32,000 bases of DNA from Edaphobacter aggregans (lineage in GTDB: Bacteria; Acidobacteriota; Terriglobia; Terriglobales; Acidobacteriaceae). Where the stretch lies: positions 2,730,001 through 2,762,000 of the forward strand of contig NZ_RSDW01000001.1 in NCBI RefSeq assembly GCF_003945235.1, in the 5' to 3' direction. Position 1 is the stretch's first letter; each line of letters begins with the position of its first letter. Below are positions 9,033 through 18,702 of the stretch, in pieces. A program made the translations under genes and the position numbers. Under the pieces are notes generated by a model that worked only from the letters and a program-made list of their open reading frames with translations, ran no database searches and had not been told where the DNA came from.

Positions 9033-10091
9033 ATGGATCAGGCGGTTCTGCAGCGGGACGATACAGTGACATCGAGCGGCTCTTTCGAGGCAAGAGAAAC
9101 GACGCCGAGTCGATCGCGAGCCGTCAGCATTTATTTATATTGCTTTTACTTCTTCGCCTCGCTGCAGTTCCTTCGTTCCTATTTCGTCATCGACAGCTCG
9201 TACCTGGACGTGTTGAAGTACGAAGCCGGGTCAGAGAGGATGCCTTATCAGGCACGCATCCTCATGTCCTTCCTCATGCGTCACGCCGGCACGAATCGCC
9301 TCATCGTGAAGGCGGCAGGCGTCATGGGGGCGCCGCTTCATTCACCTGAAACCTTCAGCATATTTTTAGTGAATCTCTTTGCCCTCGCGCTTCTTGTCTG
9401 GGTGGTGCGCGCTTTCTACCTCAAGATCGCACCGTCGGGACAGCTCTCCTGGCTGCCGTATGCGCTCGTTCTGTGGATGATGGCGGTGACTTATATCGTA
9501 CGTTTCCAAGAGGCCATTTATTTCCCCTATGACCTTCTTGCCGCAGCGCTCTTTACCCTTTGCGTCTACCTCTGCTATGCGAGACGGTATCTCCTCCTCG
9601 TCCCTGTCTTTGTTCTTGCCTCCTTCAACCGGGAGACGATTATCCTCGTCGTCCCGCTGATACTTCTCAACATCGAAACACTACCGCGCATCTCCCGTCG
9701 TCAATGGAAAGAACCTGCGGTTGCAGTCATGCTGGTCTGTATCTGGTTTCTTATTTACAGGTCCTTGAACCACTTGTATGCGCACAATGCCTCGGAGAGT
9801 TTCTCCCGTATCCACTCCAACCTTATGGTGTTGCGCAATCCGATGCAGTGGTCGCAGATTGCGAGCGCCTGCGGCTTCCTTCTTGCAGCGCCCTTCGTCT
9901 TCTGGCGACAGATGCGCAACCTCCGTCTGCGGCGTTACAGCCTGATCATCCCGGTGTGGATTGCGATCATCTTTTGCGTTGGACTGCTTGGCGAGAGCAG
10001 GGTATTTGGTGAGCTCATCGGGTTCCTGGCCGTATATTGCACTGTTCTCTTCGAGTCAACGTATGTGACCAGAAAGAGCTATTGTCCCTGA
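9033..10091 (+). CDS. Polytopic inner-membrane protein (~10 TM helices), unknown family; possibly a Wzy/EpsG-like polymerase or GT-C-like enzyme
   Basis: 352 aa. GGAG lies 5 nt upstream of the ATG. Successive hydrophobic helices throughout. The context (GT2 plus flippase downstream) suggests a polysaccharide role. No motif I can assign with certainty. Confidence 0.6.
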   Translation: MDQAVLQRDDTVTSSGSFEARETTPSRSRAVSIYLYCFYFFASLQFLRSYFVIDSSYLDVLKYEAGSERMPYQARILMSFLMRHAGTNRLIVKAAGVMGAPLHSPETFSIFLVNLFALALLVWVVRAFYLKIAPSGQLSWLPYALVLWMMAVTYIVRFQEAIYFPYDLLAAALFTLCVYLCYARRYLLLVPVFVLASFNRETIILVVPLILLNIETLPRISRRQWKEPAVAVMLVCIWFLIYRSLNHLYAHNASESFSRIHSNLMVLRNPMQWSQIASACGFLLAAPFVFWRQMRNLRLRRYSLIIPVWIAIIFCVGLLGESRVFGELIGFLAVYCTVLFESTYVTRKSYCP

Positions 10092-10150
10092 AGACACCCT
10101 TCAAGCATCCTGATCAGGGTTCCGCTACTACGTTGCTACAATCGCAAACA

Positions 10151-11149
10151 ATGACCAAGCCCTTGACGTTTTCAGTGGGAATTCCTGCCTACAATCAGGG
10201 CGAATTTCTTGAAGCAACGATCCTTTCCCTGCTGAACCAGACTCGTCCGCCGGACGAGATCGTCATCTCCGACCACTACAGCACGGACAACACCGCGGAG
10301 ATCATCGAGAAGTACGCAAAGCATGTTCGTGGCGTCAAACCGCCACCCGGAGCGAATCTCGCAGGGCAATACAACTTTACGTTGATGAGCCAGAGCTGCG
10401 ACTGGATTACGCTGTTGAGCAGCGACGATGTTGCACGGCCGAACTTCTGCCAGGTGCTGATGCGAGGGGCAGCCGGCAGCGACGACGCCGTGCTCGTCCG
10501 CGCAGGATGGGAGAACATCAACGCAGAAGGAAAGGCGCTTGAACCGAATTATTTTCTCAGGATGCCGAAGGTCGTACGGCCGCCGGAGACCATTCGCTCG
10601 CAACAGGAGGTGCCTAAGGTGAGTTTCGCCGCCTTTGCCATCCAGCGTGCGGCGTTTCTCAAGGCCGGCCCCATACCCGAGTCGTTTGAATCGCTCGCGG
10701 ATTGGGCGCTCTGCGTGCAGATGGCTCCGTTTGGCTCATTCGTCTACGAGAACGAGCTGATCAGCCAATATCGCGTCGGTCACGATGGAGACAAGTTTCG
10801 CAAGCGCATTCACATGTGGGTACGCGATGAGCAGCGCATGTTCTACGAAGTCTTTCCGCTAGCGGCTAAACGGGCCGGCATGAAAGACCTCGCCTGGATC
10901 GACAAAGCCAGCCGGGTCAACTTCCTTCGTTACATCACTGGAGCCTACGACTATTTTTCAATACCGGAGCGAGCCGCCCTTTTCCCGCTCTTCCAGCCGT
11001 GGGCTGCACGAGTGGATGGGGAAGCTATCCTCGATTCGCTCGTTGCCGATCGTCCGCTCCCACGCAGCTTTCGCAATGTAGCGGAGCGCGGGAAACAGTT
11101 CATTCGCCCTTTCGCCCAGAAGGTCTATTCCAGTCTTCAACGTCAGTAG
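10151..11149 (+). CDS. Glycosyltransferase family 2
   Basis: N-terminal GT-A signature FSVGIPAYNQGEFLEATILSLLNQT, ISDHYSTDNT, and DxD-like LLSSDDV. The internal ATG at 10151 is chosen because GT2 proteins begin just before this motif (the track ORF starts at 10037, overlapping the upstream gene). Confidence 0.85.
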   Translation: MTKPLTFSVGIPAYNQGEFLEATILSLLNQTRPPDEIVISDHYSTDNTAEIIEKYAKHVRGVKPPPGANLAGQYNFTLMSQSCDWITLLSSDDVARPNFCQVLMRGAAGSDDAVLVRAGWENINAEGKALEPNYFLRMPKVVRPPETIRSQQEVPKVSFAAFAIQRAAFLKAGPIPESFESLADWALCVQMAPFGSFVYENELISQYRVGHDGDKFRKRIHMWVRDEQRMFYEVFPLAAKRAGMKDLAWIDKASRVNFLRYITGAYDYFSIPERAALFPLFQPWAARVDGEAILDSLVADRPLPRSFRNVAERGKQFIRPFAQKVYSSLQRQ

Positions 11150-11185
11150 CAGCAGCCCTATCAACATATCGCCGAAACAGAGATC

Positions 11186-12580
11186 ATGGATAACGCCACA
11201 AAACAACGCCTCTTCTTCGGCTTTCTTTCGAACGTCATCAGCAAGTTTGCGACGTCGCTGATTCAGCTCATCCAGGTGCCGGTCTTCCTGCACTTCTGGA
11301 GCGTTCCGCTCTACGGCGAATGGATGATCGTGACAGCCATCCCGACCTATCTCAGCCTCAGCAATATGGGCTTTGGAAACGTGGCAGGCAACGAGATGAC
11401 CATGATGGCAGCGCGCGGAGACCGCGAGGGCGCTCTAAGGGTCTTCCAGAGCTGCTGGTGGCTTATCGCCATCGCTTGCTCGACGGTAATGCTTCTGTTC
11501 GGCATCGCTCTCTACTTCTTTCCAGTCGCACACTATTTGAAGCTGCACGAGATCGGGCCCGTCGACAGCAAGTGGGTCATCTTCTACCTCGGCTGCTCTG
11601 TCCTGCTTAGCCAGCTTGAGGCCCTGCTGCAGTCGGCCTACCGGTGCGTCGCCCGATACGCCTACGGCTCGTTCATGAAGAGCATGTTCTCGCTCGCTGC
11701 TTTCGGGATCATGCTGATACCGGTATGCCTTGGCGGAGGAGCACGCGTGACCGCGCTCGTGCTGGCCCTGGCCAACGCCTTCTTTACGCTTGTGCTCTGC
11801 ATTATGGTCCGCCGCGACCTCCCATGGATCCGCTACGGATGGAGCCATGCCAGCTTTGCCGAGATTCGCCGGCTAGCTCCGCCTGCCTTTGCCTTCATGG
11901 CCTTCCCGATGGGCAATGCCCTCAATCTTCAAGGAACGTTGATGGCCGTCGGCTATGCTCTCGGCCCCACTGCCGTCGTCATCTTCGGAACCGCTCGCAC
12001 CGTCTCCCGCGTCGCCTTGCAGATGATGTCGATGGTGAACAATACGTTCTGGCCCGAGTTGTCGAGCGCATTTGGAACCAACAACATTCCACTGCTCCGC
12101 TCGCTGCATCGCCGGTCCTGCCAAATGGCGTTGATCATCTCTTTGGGTATCGTCGCCATCATGATGACGGTTGGCCCCTGGTTCCTCACACACTGGACCG
12201 GCGGCCATGTCCCGCCCAGCCGACCGATACTGAACATATTGCTTCTAGTGGTCGTGGTTTACACCTTGTGGTCCACCAGCTCAACTTTGGTCGCGGCGAT
12301 CAACCGGCACCAAAAGCTAGCCGCTAATTACCTCTTTGCAACCAGTATTACGGTTGTTCTGACGTACTTTTTAGCCAAACATTATGGGCTATTCGCCGCA
12401 GCCGCTTCGCTGGTCGTCTCCGAACTGGTGATGAACATCAATGTTCTGCCTGAGTCCCTGCGCCTCACAGAAGACACACTGCCTGCTTTCGTCGCCAGCA
12501 TGCTCCATTACCCCCCCTCGCTGCGCCCGTCTGCCCTGCTTGCGCGGTTTCGGAACAACGAGCCCCAGTTGGAGAGCTGA
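11186..12580 (+). CDS. Polysaccharide/oligosaccharide flippase, Wzx-like (MOP superfamily)
   Basis: 464 aa with about 12-14 TM helices. The N-terminus (LFFGFLSNVISKFATSLIQLIQVPVFLHFWSVPLYGEW) is typical of polysaccharide-biosynthesis/flippase proteins. Confidence 0.7.
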   Translation: MDNATKQRLFFGFLSNVISKFATSLIQLIQVPVFLHFWSVPLYGEWMIVTAIPTYLSLSNMGFGNVAGNEMTMMAARGDREGALRVFQSCWWLIAIACSTVMLLFGIALYFFPVAHYLKLHEIGPVDSKWVIFYLGCSVLLSQLEALLQSAYRCVARYAYGSFMKSMFSLAAFGIMLIPVCLGGGARVTALVLALANAFFTLVLCIMVRRDLPWIRYGWSHASFAEIRRLAPPAFAFMAFPMGNALNLQGTLMAVGYALGPTAVVIFGTARTVSRVALQMMSMVNNTFWPELSSAFGTNNIPLLRSLHRRSCQMALIISLGIVAIMMTVGPWFLTHWTGGHVPPSRPILNILLLVVVVYTLWSTSSTLVAAINRHQKLAANYLFATSITVVLTYFLAKHYGLFAAAASLVVSELVMNINVLPESLRLTEDTLPAFVASMLHYPPSLRPSALLARFRNNEPQLES

Positions 12581-12587
12581 GGTTTTA

Positions 12588-12620
12588 GTTATAACGTTTG
12601 TTATAATTTGAACCCAGGAG
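12588..12620 (+). promoter_or_regulatory. AT-rich promoter and probable operator of the TA operon
   Basis: GTTATAAC (perfect palindrome, 12588-12595) and GTTATAAT (12600-12607) form a direct repeat of GTTATAA with 12-nt periodicity. TATAAT -10 hexamer at 12602-12607. AGGAG at 12616-12620, 6 nt before the ATG at 12627. Confidence 0.6.
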
Positions 12621-12626
12621 CTTGAT

Positions 12627-12854
12627 ATGGCCACCTCAGCCAAAATCATCACCATTGGAAATTCAGTGGGAGTTGTCTTACCCAAAGAAATTCTGAATCG
12701 GCTTCACGTCGAAAAGGGCGACAATCTCTATATCTCGGAGACCCCCGACGGTATCCAACTTACTCCCTACAATCAGGATTTTGCAGAGGAGATGGACGCA
12801 GCAAGACGCGTTATGAGGAAGCACCGCGATGTTCTGCGAAAGCTGGCCGAATAA
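12627..12854 (+). CDS. AbrB/MazE/SpoVT-fold antitoxin (paired with Doc toxin)
   Basis: 75 aa. Swapped-hairpin motif KIITIGNSVGVVLPKEILNRLHVEKGDNLYI. The toxin ORF follows immediately. Confidence 0.88.
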   Translation: MATSAKIITIGNSVGVVLPKEILNRLHVEKGDNLYISETPDGIQLTPYNQDFAEEMDAARRVMRKHRDVLRKLAE

Positions 12855-13250
12855 GTGGATCAGCCTCGCTGGATATCAAAACGAGCTGTCCTTGCAATGC
12901 ACAGCGAACAACTTGCCGAGCACGGTGGCTCCGAAGGCATTCGTGACGAAACCCTGCTCGATTCAGCGCTCGCAAAACCGCTGAACGTCTTCGCCTACGA
13001 AGAGGAGCCGAGTACCTTCCGGTTGGCGGCTTCTTACGCTTACGGAATCGCACGAAACCATGCGTTTGTCGACGGCAATAAGCGTACGGTGCTTGTCGTG
13101 TCGCTCTCATTTCTGGACAGGCATGGCTGGGATATTGCTGCATCTAAAGAAGATCTATACTTTACATTCTTGCACTTGGCCGACGGCTCCCTCAGCGAAG
13201 AGGAACTGACCGCCTGGTTCACCCAACACGCTGTTCCATTGAAAAAATGA
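12855..13250 (+). CDS. doc: Doc (death-on-curing) Fic-fold toxin
   Basis: Fic/Doc signature HAFVDGNKRT. 131 aa. The GTG start directly abuts the antitoxin TAA. Confidence 0.9.
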   Translation: MDQPRWISKRAVLAMHSEQLAEHGGSEGIRDETLLDSALAKPLNVFAYEEEPSTFRLAASYAYGIARNHAFVDGNKRTVLVVSLSFLDRHGWDIAASKEDLYFTFLHLADGSLSEEELTAWFTQHAVPLKK

Positions 13251-13492
13251 CCCGTTTTCAGACCACAGACCCCGGATTCAAGAACAAACACGGTCAAATC
13301 GTCATCTCCAGGACGGGTTTTCCCTCAGAATCCTTCCCCGGACAGACGATTTATCACATGCGCTGCAGCCATTGCAGCCACGATTACGGCTCTGCCGGCA
13401 AGGATATTCACCTGAGGCGCTGCCCCCGGCACCAAAATGGCGTCAAGGGAGAACCTCTGCGTACACCGCCACCGAATCTTTTCTCCACGTAA
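13247..13492 (+). CDS. Small hypothetical protein with zinc-ribbon-like CxxC-x15-CxxH motif, translationally coupled to doc
   Basis: 81 aa. Its ATG overlaps the doc stop (ATGA at 13247-13250). Motif RCSHCSHDYGSAGKDIHLRRCPRH. C-ending codon pattern similar to neighbouring genes. The competing antisense ORF (13325-13579) looks like a shadow. Confidence 0.5.
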   Translation: MTRFQTTDPGFKNKHGQIVISRTGFPSESFPGQTIYHMRCSHCSHDYGSAGKDIHLRRCPRHQNGVKGEPLRTPPPNLFST

Positions 13493-13694
13493 AACGTCTA
13501 AAACAATGTGGTATGCTGTGATTAGCTCGGGAAGTGTGCCTATACATGCCCTGACCCCTGAGGTCATACGGCTGGCCAAAGCGGTCTAAACCGCTACCTG
13601 CTCCCTGCCATTACGCAATAACCAAGGGATTTGTCCGCCCGGGTACCAATTACTGTGACCGGCGGCATCCCAACTACAAGAATCTTTCGCAGGA

Positions 13695-15419
<1,725 letters not shown>

Positions 15420-15440
15420 TCTGCGCTACTTTCAAAATCG

Positions 15441-15468
15441 AAAGCCCTCGCTTCTGCGGGGGCTTTTG
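15441..15468. terminator. Bidirectional rho-independent terminator (rpoD / convergent small ORF)
   Basis: AAAGCCCTCG-cttctg-CGGGGGCTTTT: a GC-rich stem with an A-tract upstream and a T-tract downstream, so it can work on both strands. Confidence 0.8.
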
Positions 15469-15493
15469 AGTTTAACCAACAATAGATTTTGAC

Positions 15494-15703
15494 TTACGCC
15501 TGCGCTGCAGCATGGAAGCCATCACACCCACTGATCGGAGTCACCTTCAAGTGCAACGCAGCATGTTTCGGATGGCCGCACTCATCCAGCATATTCAACG
15601 GTGCTTTATGGCTTGTGAGGATCGTCACCAGCGCCGAGTTCTTCGCATGGTTTTCCCCAAAATGCGTACAGAGCCCGCACTGCCCAGCATGTACCGATTG
15701 CAT
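15494..15703 (-). CDS. Small Cys/His-rich hypothetical protein (69 aa)
   Basis: Perfect AGGAGG lies 6 nt upstream of the ATG (minus strand, 15715-15710). 4 Cys (CGLC, DECGH, SGCDG) and 8 His in 69 aa. It ends just before the bidirectional terminator. Confidence 0.6.
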   Translation of the reverse strand: MQSVHAGQCGLCTHFGENHAKNSALVTILTSHKAPLNMLDECGHPKHAALHLKVTPISGCDGFHAAAQA

Positions 15704-15902
15704 AGACGACCTCCTGATTTCCTTATTCAGACTGGCGATCGCGATACGCCGTTGCCTCGACGACGCGATTAAACAAAAACTTTACGGCGACTTCGATCAG
15801 CTGTAAAGTGCGACCAATCGCGTCTTAGATGCCCCTCTGAGTCATCGGGAACCTTGCCACCTAAAAGCGCGTATCTTCTGCAAGATCGGAGATTCCAACT
15901 CT

Positions 15903-16346
15903 ATGCAGTACGCCGACCCTATTCCAACCGCCAACATGACCGACCATCAGCGTGCCTGGTTCTACGCCGAGTTCGCGCACGCCCGCCGCGACGAGGTCAT
16001 TGGTGTCCTGCTCGCTATCTTTCTCGGCAACTTCGGCATCCACCAGTTTTACATCCGCCGCAATGGCCTGGGCATACTCTATCTTTGCTTCTTCTGGACG
16101 GGCATCTCCGCCATCCTCGGCTTTATCGACGCCTTCTTCATGCCGGGCCGAGTCCGTCGCTACAACGCCGAACAAGCCGCCTATATCGCCGCCCAAATCC
16201 TCAACACTCCCATGCAGGCCGCACCGCCACCCGCAACTCTGACCTGCCGTGCATGCGGCGCCATCATCGAGCCGAACGCAACTTTCTGTCCTCATTGCGG
16301 AGCAACCACAGCAGCAGATCAGCTCCTCAGCCCACCTGCCGTGTAG
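15903..16346 (+). CDS. TM2-domain membrane protein with C-terminal zinc-ribbon
   Basis: TM2 signature VLLAIFLGNFGIHQFYIRRNGLGILYLCFFWTGISAILGFIDAF. C-terminal CRACG...x10...CPHCG. Confidence 0.8.
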   Translation: MQYADPIPTANMTDHQRAWFYAEFAHARRDEVIGVLLAIFLGNFGIHQFYIRRNGLGILYLCFFWTGISAILGFIDAFFMPGRVRRYNAEQAAYIAAQILNTPMQAAPPPATLTCRACGAIIEPNATFCPHCGATTAADQLLSPPAV

Positions 16347-16347
16347 T

Positions 16348-18663
16348 TCACTGCCACGCGACAGCGCTCTCCTTCAGATGGTCGAACTCAACAAAATCCC
16401 CATCCGGCCCATTCTGCACCTTCACCTGTGAACCATCCACACTCACGTTATTCACCTTGCCGAACCGCCAACGCAGAATGACGTGCGCCGCAGAATCCCC
16501 GCTGATCTTCAGCGAGTTCACTCCCCGCGAAAGCTTGCGTCCCTCGAAATCCGTCACGTTCGCATCCGCAGCGCCAGCGCCACCAATCAGCTCATACACG
16601 CGGCGATCGTCCAGCGACTTTACTTTGCTGTTCCCGCTCTCGCTCTGCGGAACCAATGTCATCACGTCTTCAGGAATCTTCGGAATGACCGCTCCGGCGC
16701 GAACATACAACGGCAGCACATCGACTGGCGCATCGACTGGCAACGATCTCCCTCCGGCGATCCGTGCACCCGTCCAATAGTCCACCCAGTCGCCCTCAGG
16801 CAGATAAACAATGCGGAGTGGATTTTCGTCGAGAACCGGGGCGACAAGAAAATCCGGCCCGAACATGTACTCATCCTTCGCCATGCGCGCGCGATCGTCG
16901 TTCTGATTCGTCAGCACCAAAGCCCGCATGATGGGCATGCCCGTCTTCGCCGCCTCCTGCGCCGCGGCATAGCGGTACGGAAACAGGCTCATGTGCAGCG
17001 TCACATACTTGCGATACACATCAAGCGCCTTCGTCCCGCCGGTCTTCTCGTCCCAGTTCCACGGCTGCTGATTCGTCTGCGACAGAATCTCCATCGTCGG
17101 CGAAAACGCCGAGTACTCCGTCCACCGCATCTGCACCAGCGGGTCCTGCGTCTCGCCCACCTTCAAATATCCACCCAGATCAGCCGTCCAAAGCGGCAGC
17201 CCACTCATGCCCGCGTTCAACCCCGCGGTTACAGCCGTCGGCAATCCATTCTCCGGGCTAAAGCTCGATTCGTTGTCACCGCCCCACAGGAAGCCGATAC
17301 CGTTCGCGCCAGCGTGTCCGTCCGTTGTAACGCTGCGGGCGAACAACACGCCGTTTCCCTTCAAATCCTTCTGAATCAGCTCTTCCATCGCGTTGTTGTA
17401 GAGCACGGCATAGCGATTTCGCATTAACCGCTTGTCGGTCCCATCAGCGAACTTCACTTCGCCCTGAAAGCTCCCCTCGGCATCATCGTCCTTGAAGCCG
17501 TCGGCTCCCACAGCAATAACCTGCCGCACCTGATCCTGCCACCACCGCTTCGCCGAAGGATTCGTGAAGTCGATCATCGACCCCGTTCCCTTCCACCATC
17601 GTCCCACGTACGGCTTGCCATCGGGAGTCTTTACGAAAAATCCGTTACCAGCCGCCTCATCGTAGTTCTCCGCATGCGGCTCCATCTTGCCTTCGAAGCC
17701 CTTCTCATACGGCGTGGCCGACTGCGAGTTGATCCATGACGTATGCCACAGCACAAGCTTGTAGCCTTCGCCGTGCAGATGTTTCACCATCGCCGCCGCG
17801 TCGTCAAACTGCTTCGGATTGAATTTGTAACTGTTATAGGACGTTGTCCATGGCGAGTCGATCAGGATCACACTCGCCGGCAGGCCCAGCGCTCGCGTCT
17901 TATCGACATCCTCCAACACCTGAGCCTGATTCTGGTGGTAGTCGCGGCCCATCCACGGCGCAAAAGCCCAGTATGGCGGTAGAATCGCCCGTCCCGCCTG
18001 CGCAGTAAAGCGTTCAAGAATCTTCGGAAACTCCGGCCCCGTAAACAGCACCAGCCGCAGCTTCTGGGCGGGCACATCGACGATCACGTCCGACCCGCTG
18101 GTAGCATTCATATCGAAGCTGGCCTCGGACGTCGTATCCAGCCAAAGCCCATAGCCCGTCGTACTCATGAAGAACGGAATCGGCTGATAAGTCGTCGATC
18201 CCTTCGATCCGGCGTTGTCCTGTGAGGAATTCATCACGATGGTGTGCGAATGGTTCAGGGTGTCAAAGCGCTCACCCAGCCCGTAGTAGTTCCCCGCATC
18301 GCGCACGCGGAACCGCCAGTCTCCAACTGAATACGCGACGCTCGTGATCTCGACCACCCCCGGCGCGAGCTGCTTGAAGTGCAGCTTGTCGGTCATCACC
18401 GGCTGACCTTCAAACTCAAAGTCGTTCAACAAAAGCTCAGGCCCGGCGTCGACGCCACGCGCCATATGCTTACCCGGCAGTGTCAACGCGACGGTATATG
18501 GATCCTTACGCACCAGCCCATCAATCGGAGCCTCCGCGGCCCGGCCCGCCGGAGCAGCCTGCGCCGCGCCACTTGCCGGAGAAACATCCTGCGCCAAAGT
18601 CCTACCCGCACAGCTCGCCAGCAACACCGCAGACAGCAATCCCATCACCTGCATCGCAAACAT
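16348..18663 (-). CDS. Glycoside hydrolase family 31 (alpha-glucosidase/alpha-xylosidase-like), probable lipoprotein
   Basis: 771 aa. GH31 catalytic-region motifs GADGFKDDDAEG and FLWGGDN. N-terminal signal with LLASC lipobox. Confidence 0.88.
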   Translation of the reverse strand: MFAMQVMGLLSAVLLASCAGRTLAQDVSPASGAAQAAPAGRAAEAPIDGLVRKDPYTVALTLPGKHMARGVDAGPELLLNDFEFEGQPVMTDKLHFKQLAPGVVEITSVAYSVGDWRFRVRDAGNYYGLGERFDTLNHSHTIVMNSSQDNAGSKGSTTYQPIPFFMSTTGYGLWLDTTSEASFDMNATSGSDVIVDVPAQKLRLVLFTGPEFPKILERFTAQAGRAILPPYWAFAPWMGRDYHQNQAQVLEDVDKTRALGLPASVILIDSPWTTSYNSYKFNPKQFDDAAAMVKHLHGEGYKLVLWHTSWINSQSATPYEKGFEGKMEPHAENYDEAAGNGFFVKTPDGKPYVGRWWKGTGSMIDFTNPSAKRWWQDQVRQVIAVGADGFKDDDAEGSFQGEVKFADGTDKRLMRNRYAVLYNNAMEELIQKDLKGNGVLFARSVTTDGHAGANGIGFLWGGDNESSFSPENGLPTAVTAGLNAGMSGLPLWTADLGGYLKVGETQDPLVQMRWTEYSAFSPTMEILSQTNQQPWNWDEKTGGTKALDVYRKYVTLHMSLFPYRYAAAQEAAKTGMPIMRALVLTNQNDDRARMAKDEYMFGPDFLVAPVLDENPLRIVYLPEGDWVDYWTGARIAGGRSLPVDAPVDVLPLYVRAGAVIPKIPEDVMTLVPQSESGNSKVKSLDDRRVYELIGGAGAADANVTDFEGRKLSRGVNSLKISGDSAAHVILRWRFGKVNNVSVDGSQVKVQNGPDGDFVEFDHLKESAVAWQ

Positions 18664-18702
18664 CTCCCCATATACAGCGTCACATGTACACCATAGACCA
18701 AA

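Larger units (their letters stand above)
8927..13694. other. Lower-GC accessory insertion separating dnaG from rpoD
   Basis: Six ORFs (membrane protein, GT2, flippase, AbrB antitoxin, Doc, small Zn-ribbon-like ORF) lie between two genes that are usually adjacent. Hand-counted 60-nt lines give about 43% GC (9121-9180) and 47% (12661-12720), versus 68-70% in flanking genes. No integrase or transposase is present. Confidence 0.55.

Noticed and set aside
13325-13579. 84-aa minus-strand ORF opposite the small zinc-ribbon-like ORF
   Set aside because: It has no RBS or coupling signal. The plus-strand ORF is coupled to doc by an ATGA overlap, so the minus ORF is treated as its shadow, though with less certainty than the other rejections.
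8957-13683. Shared 8-mer ACAAGAAT near both ends of the dnaG-rpoD insertion (about 8957-8964 and 13676-13683), considered as possible att/target-site duplication
   Set aside because: An 8-nt match between ~100-nt and ~200-nt regions is expected by chance about a third of the time. The flanking bases do not extend the match.
13493-13694. 200-nt rpoD leader checked for a tRNA or structured ncRNA
   Set aside because: Only short hairpins (TGACC-cctga-GGTCA; AGCGGT-ctaa-ACCGCT). No cloverleaf or T-loop (GTTCGAATC-like) motif. Insufficient evidence for an RNA gene.
15469-15496. Weak dif-like 28-mer (GTTTAACCAAC-AATAGA-TTTTGACTTAC) downstream of rpoD
   Set aside because: Only 7/11 and 5/11 matches to the reverse-complemented E. 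coli dif arms, and the two arms are poorly palindromic. This cannot be distinguished from chance by eye.
15854-16780. 308-aa plus-strand ORF spanning the TM2 gene and the GH31 3' end
   Set aside because: It overlaps two better-supported genes in other frames and on the other strand. Its R/P/S-rich composition marks a shadow ORF.
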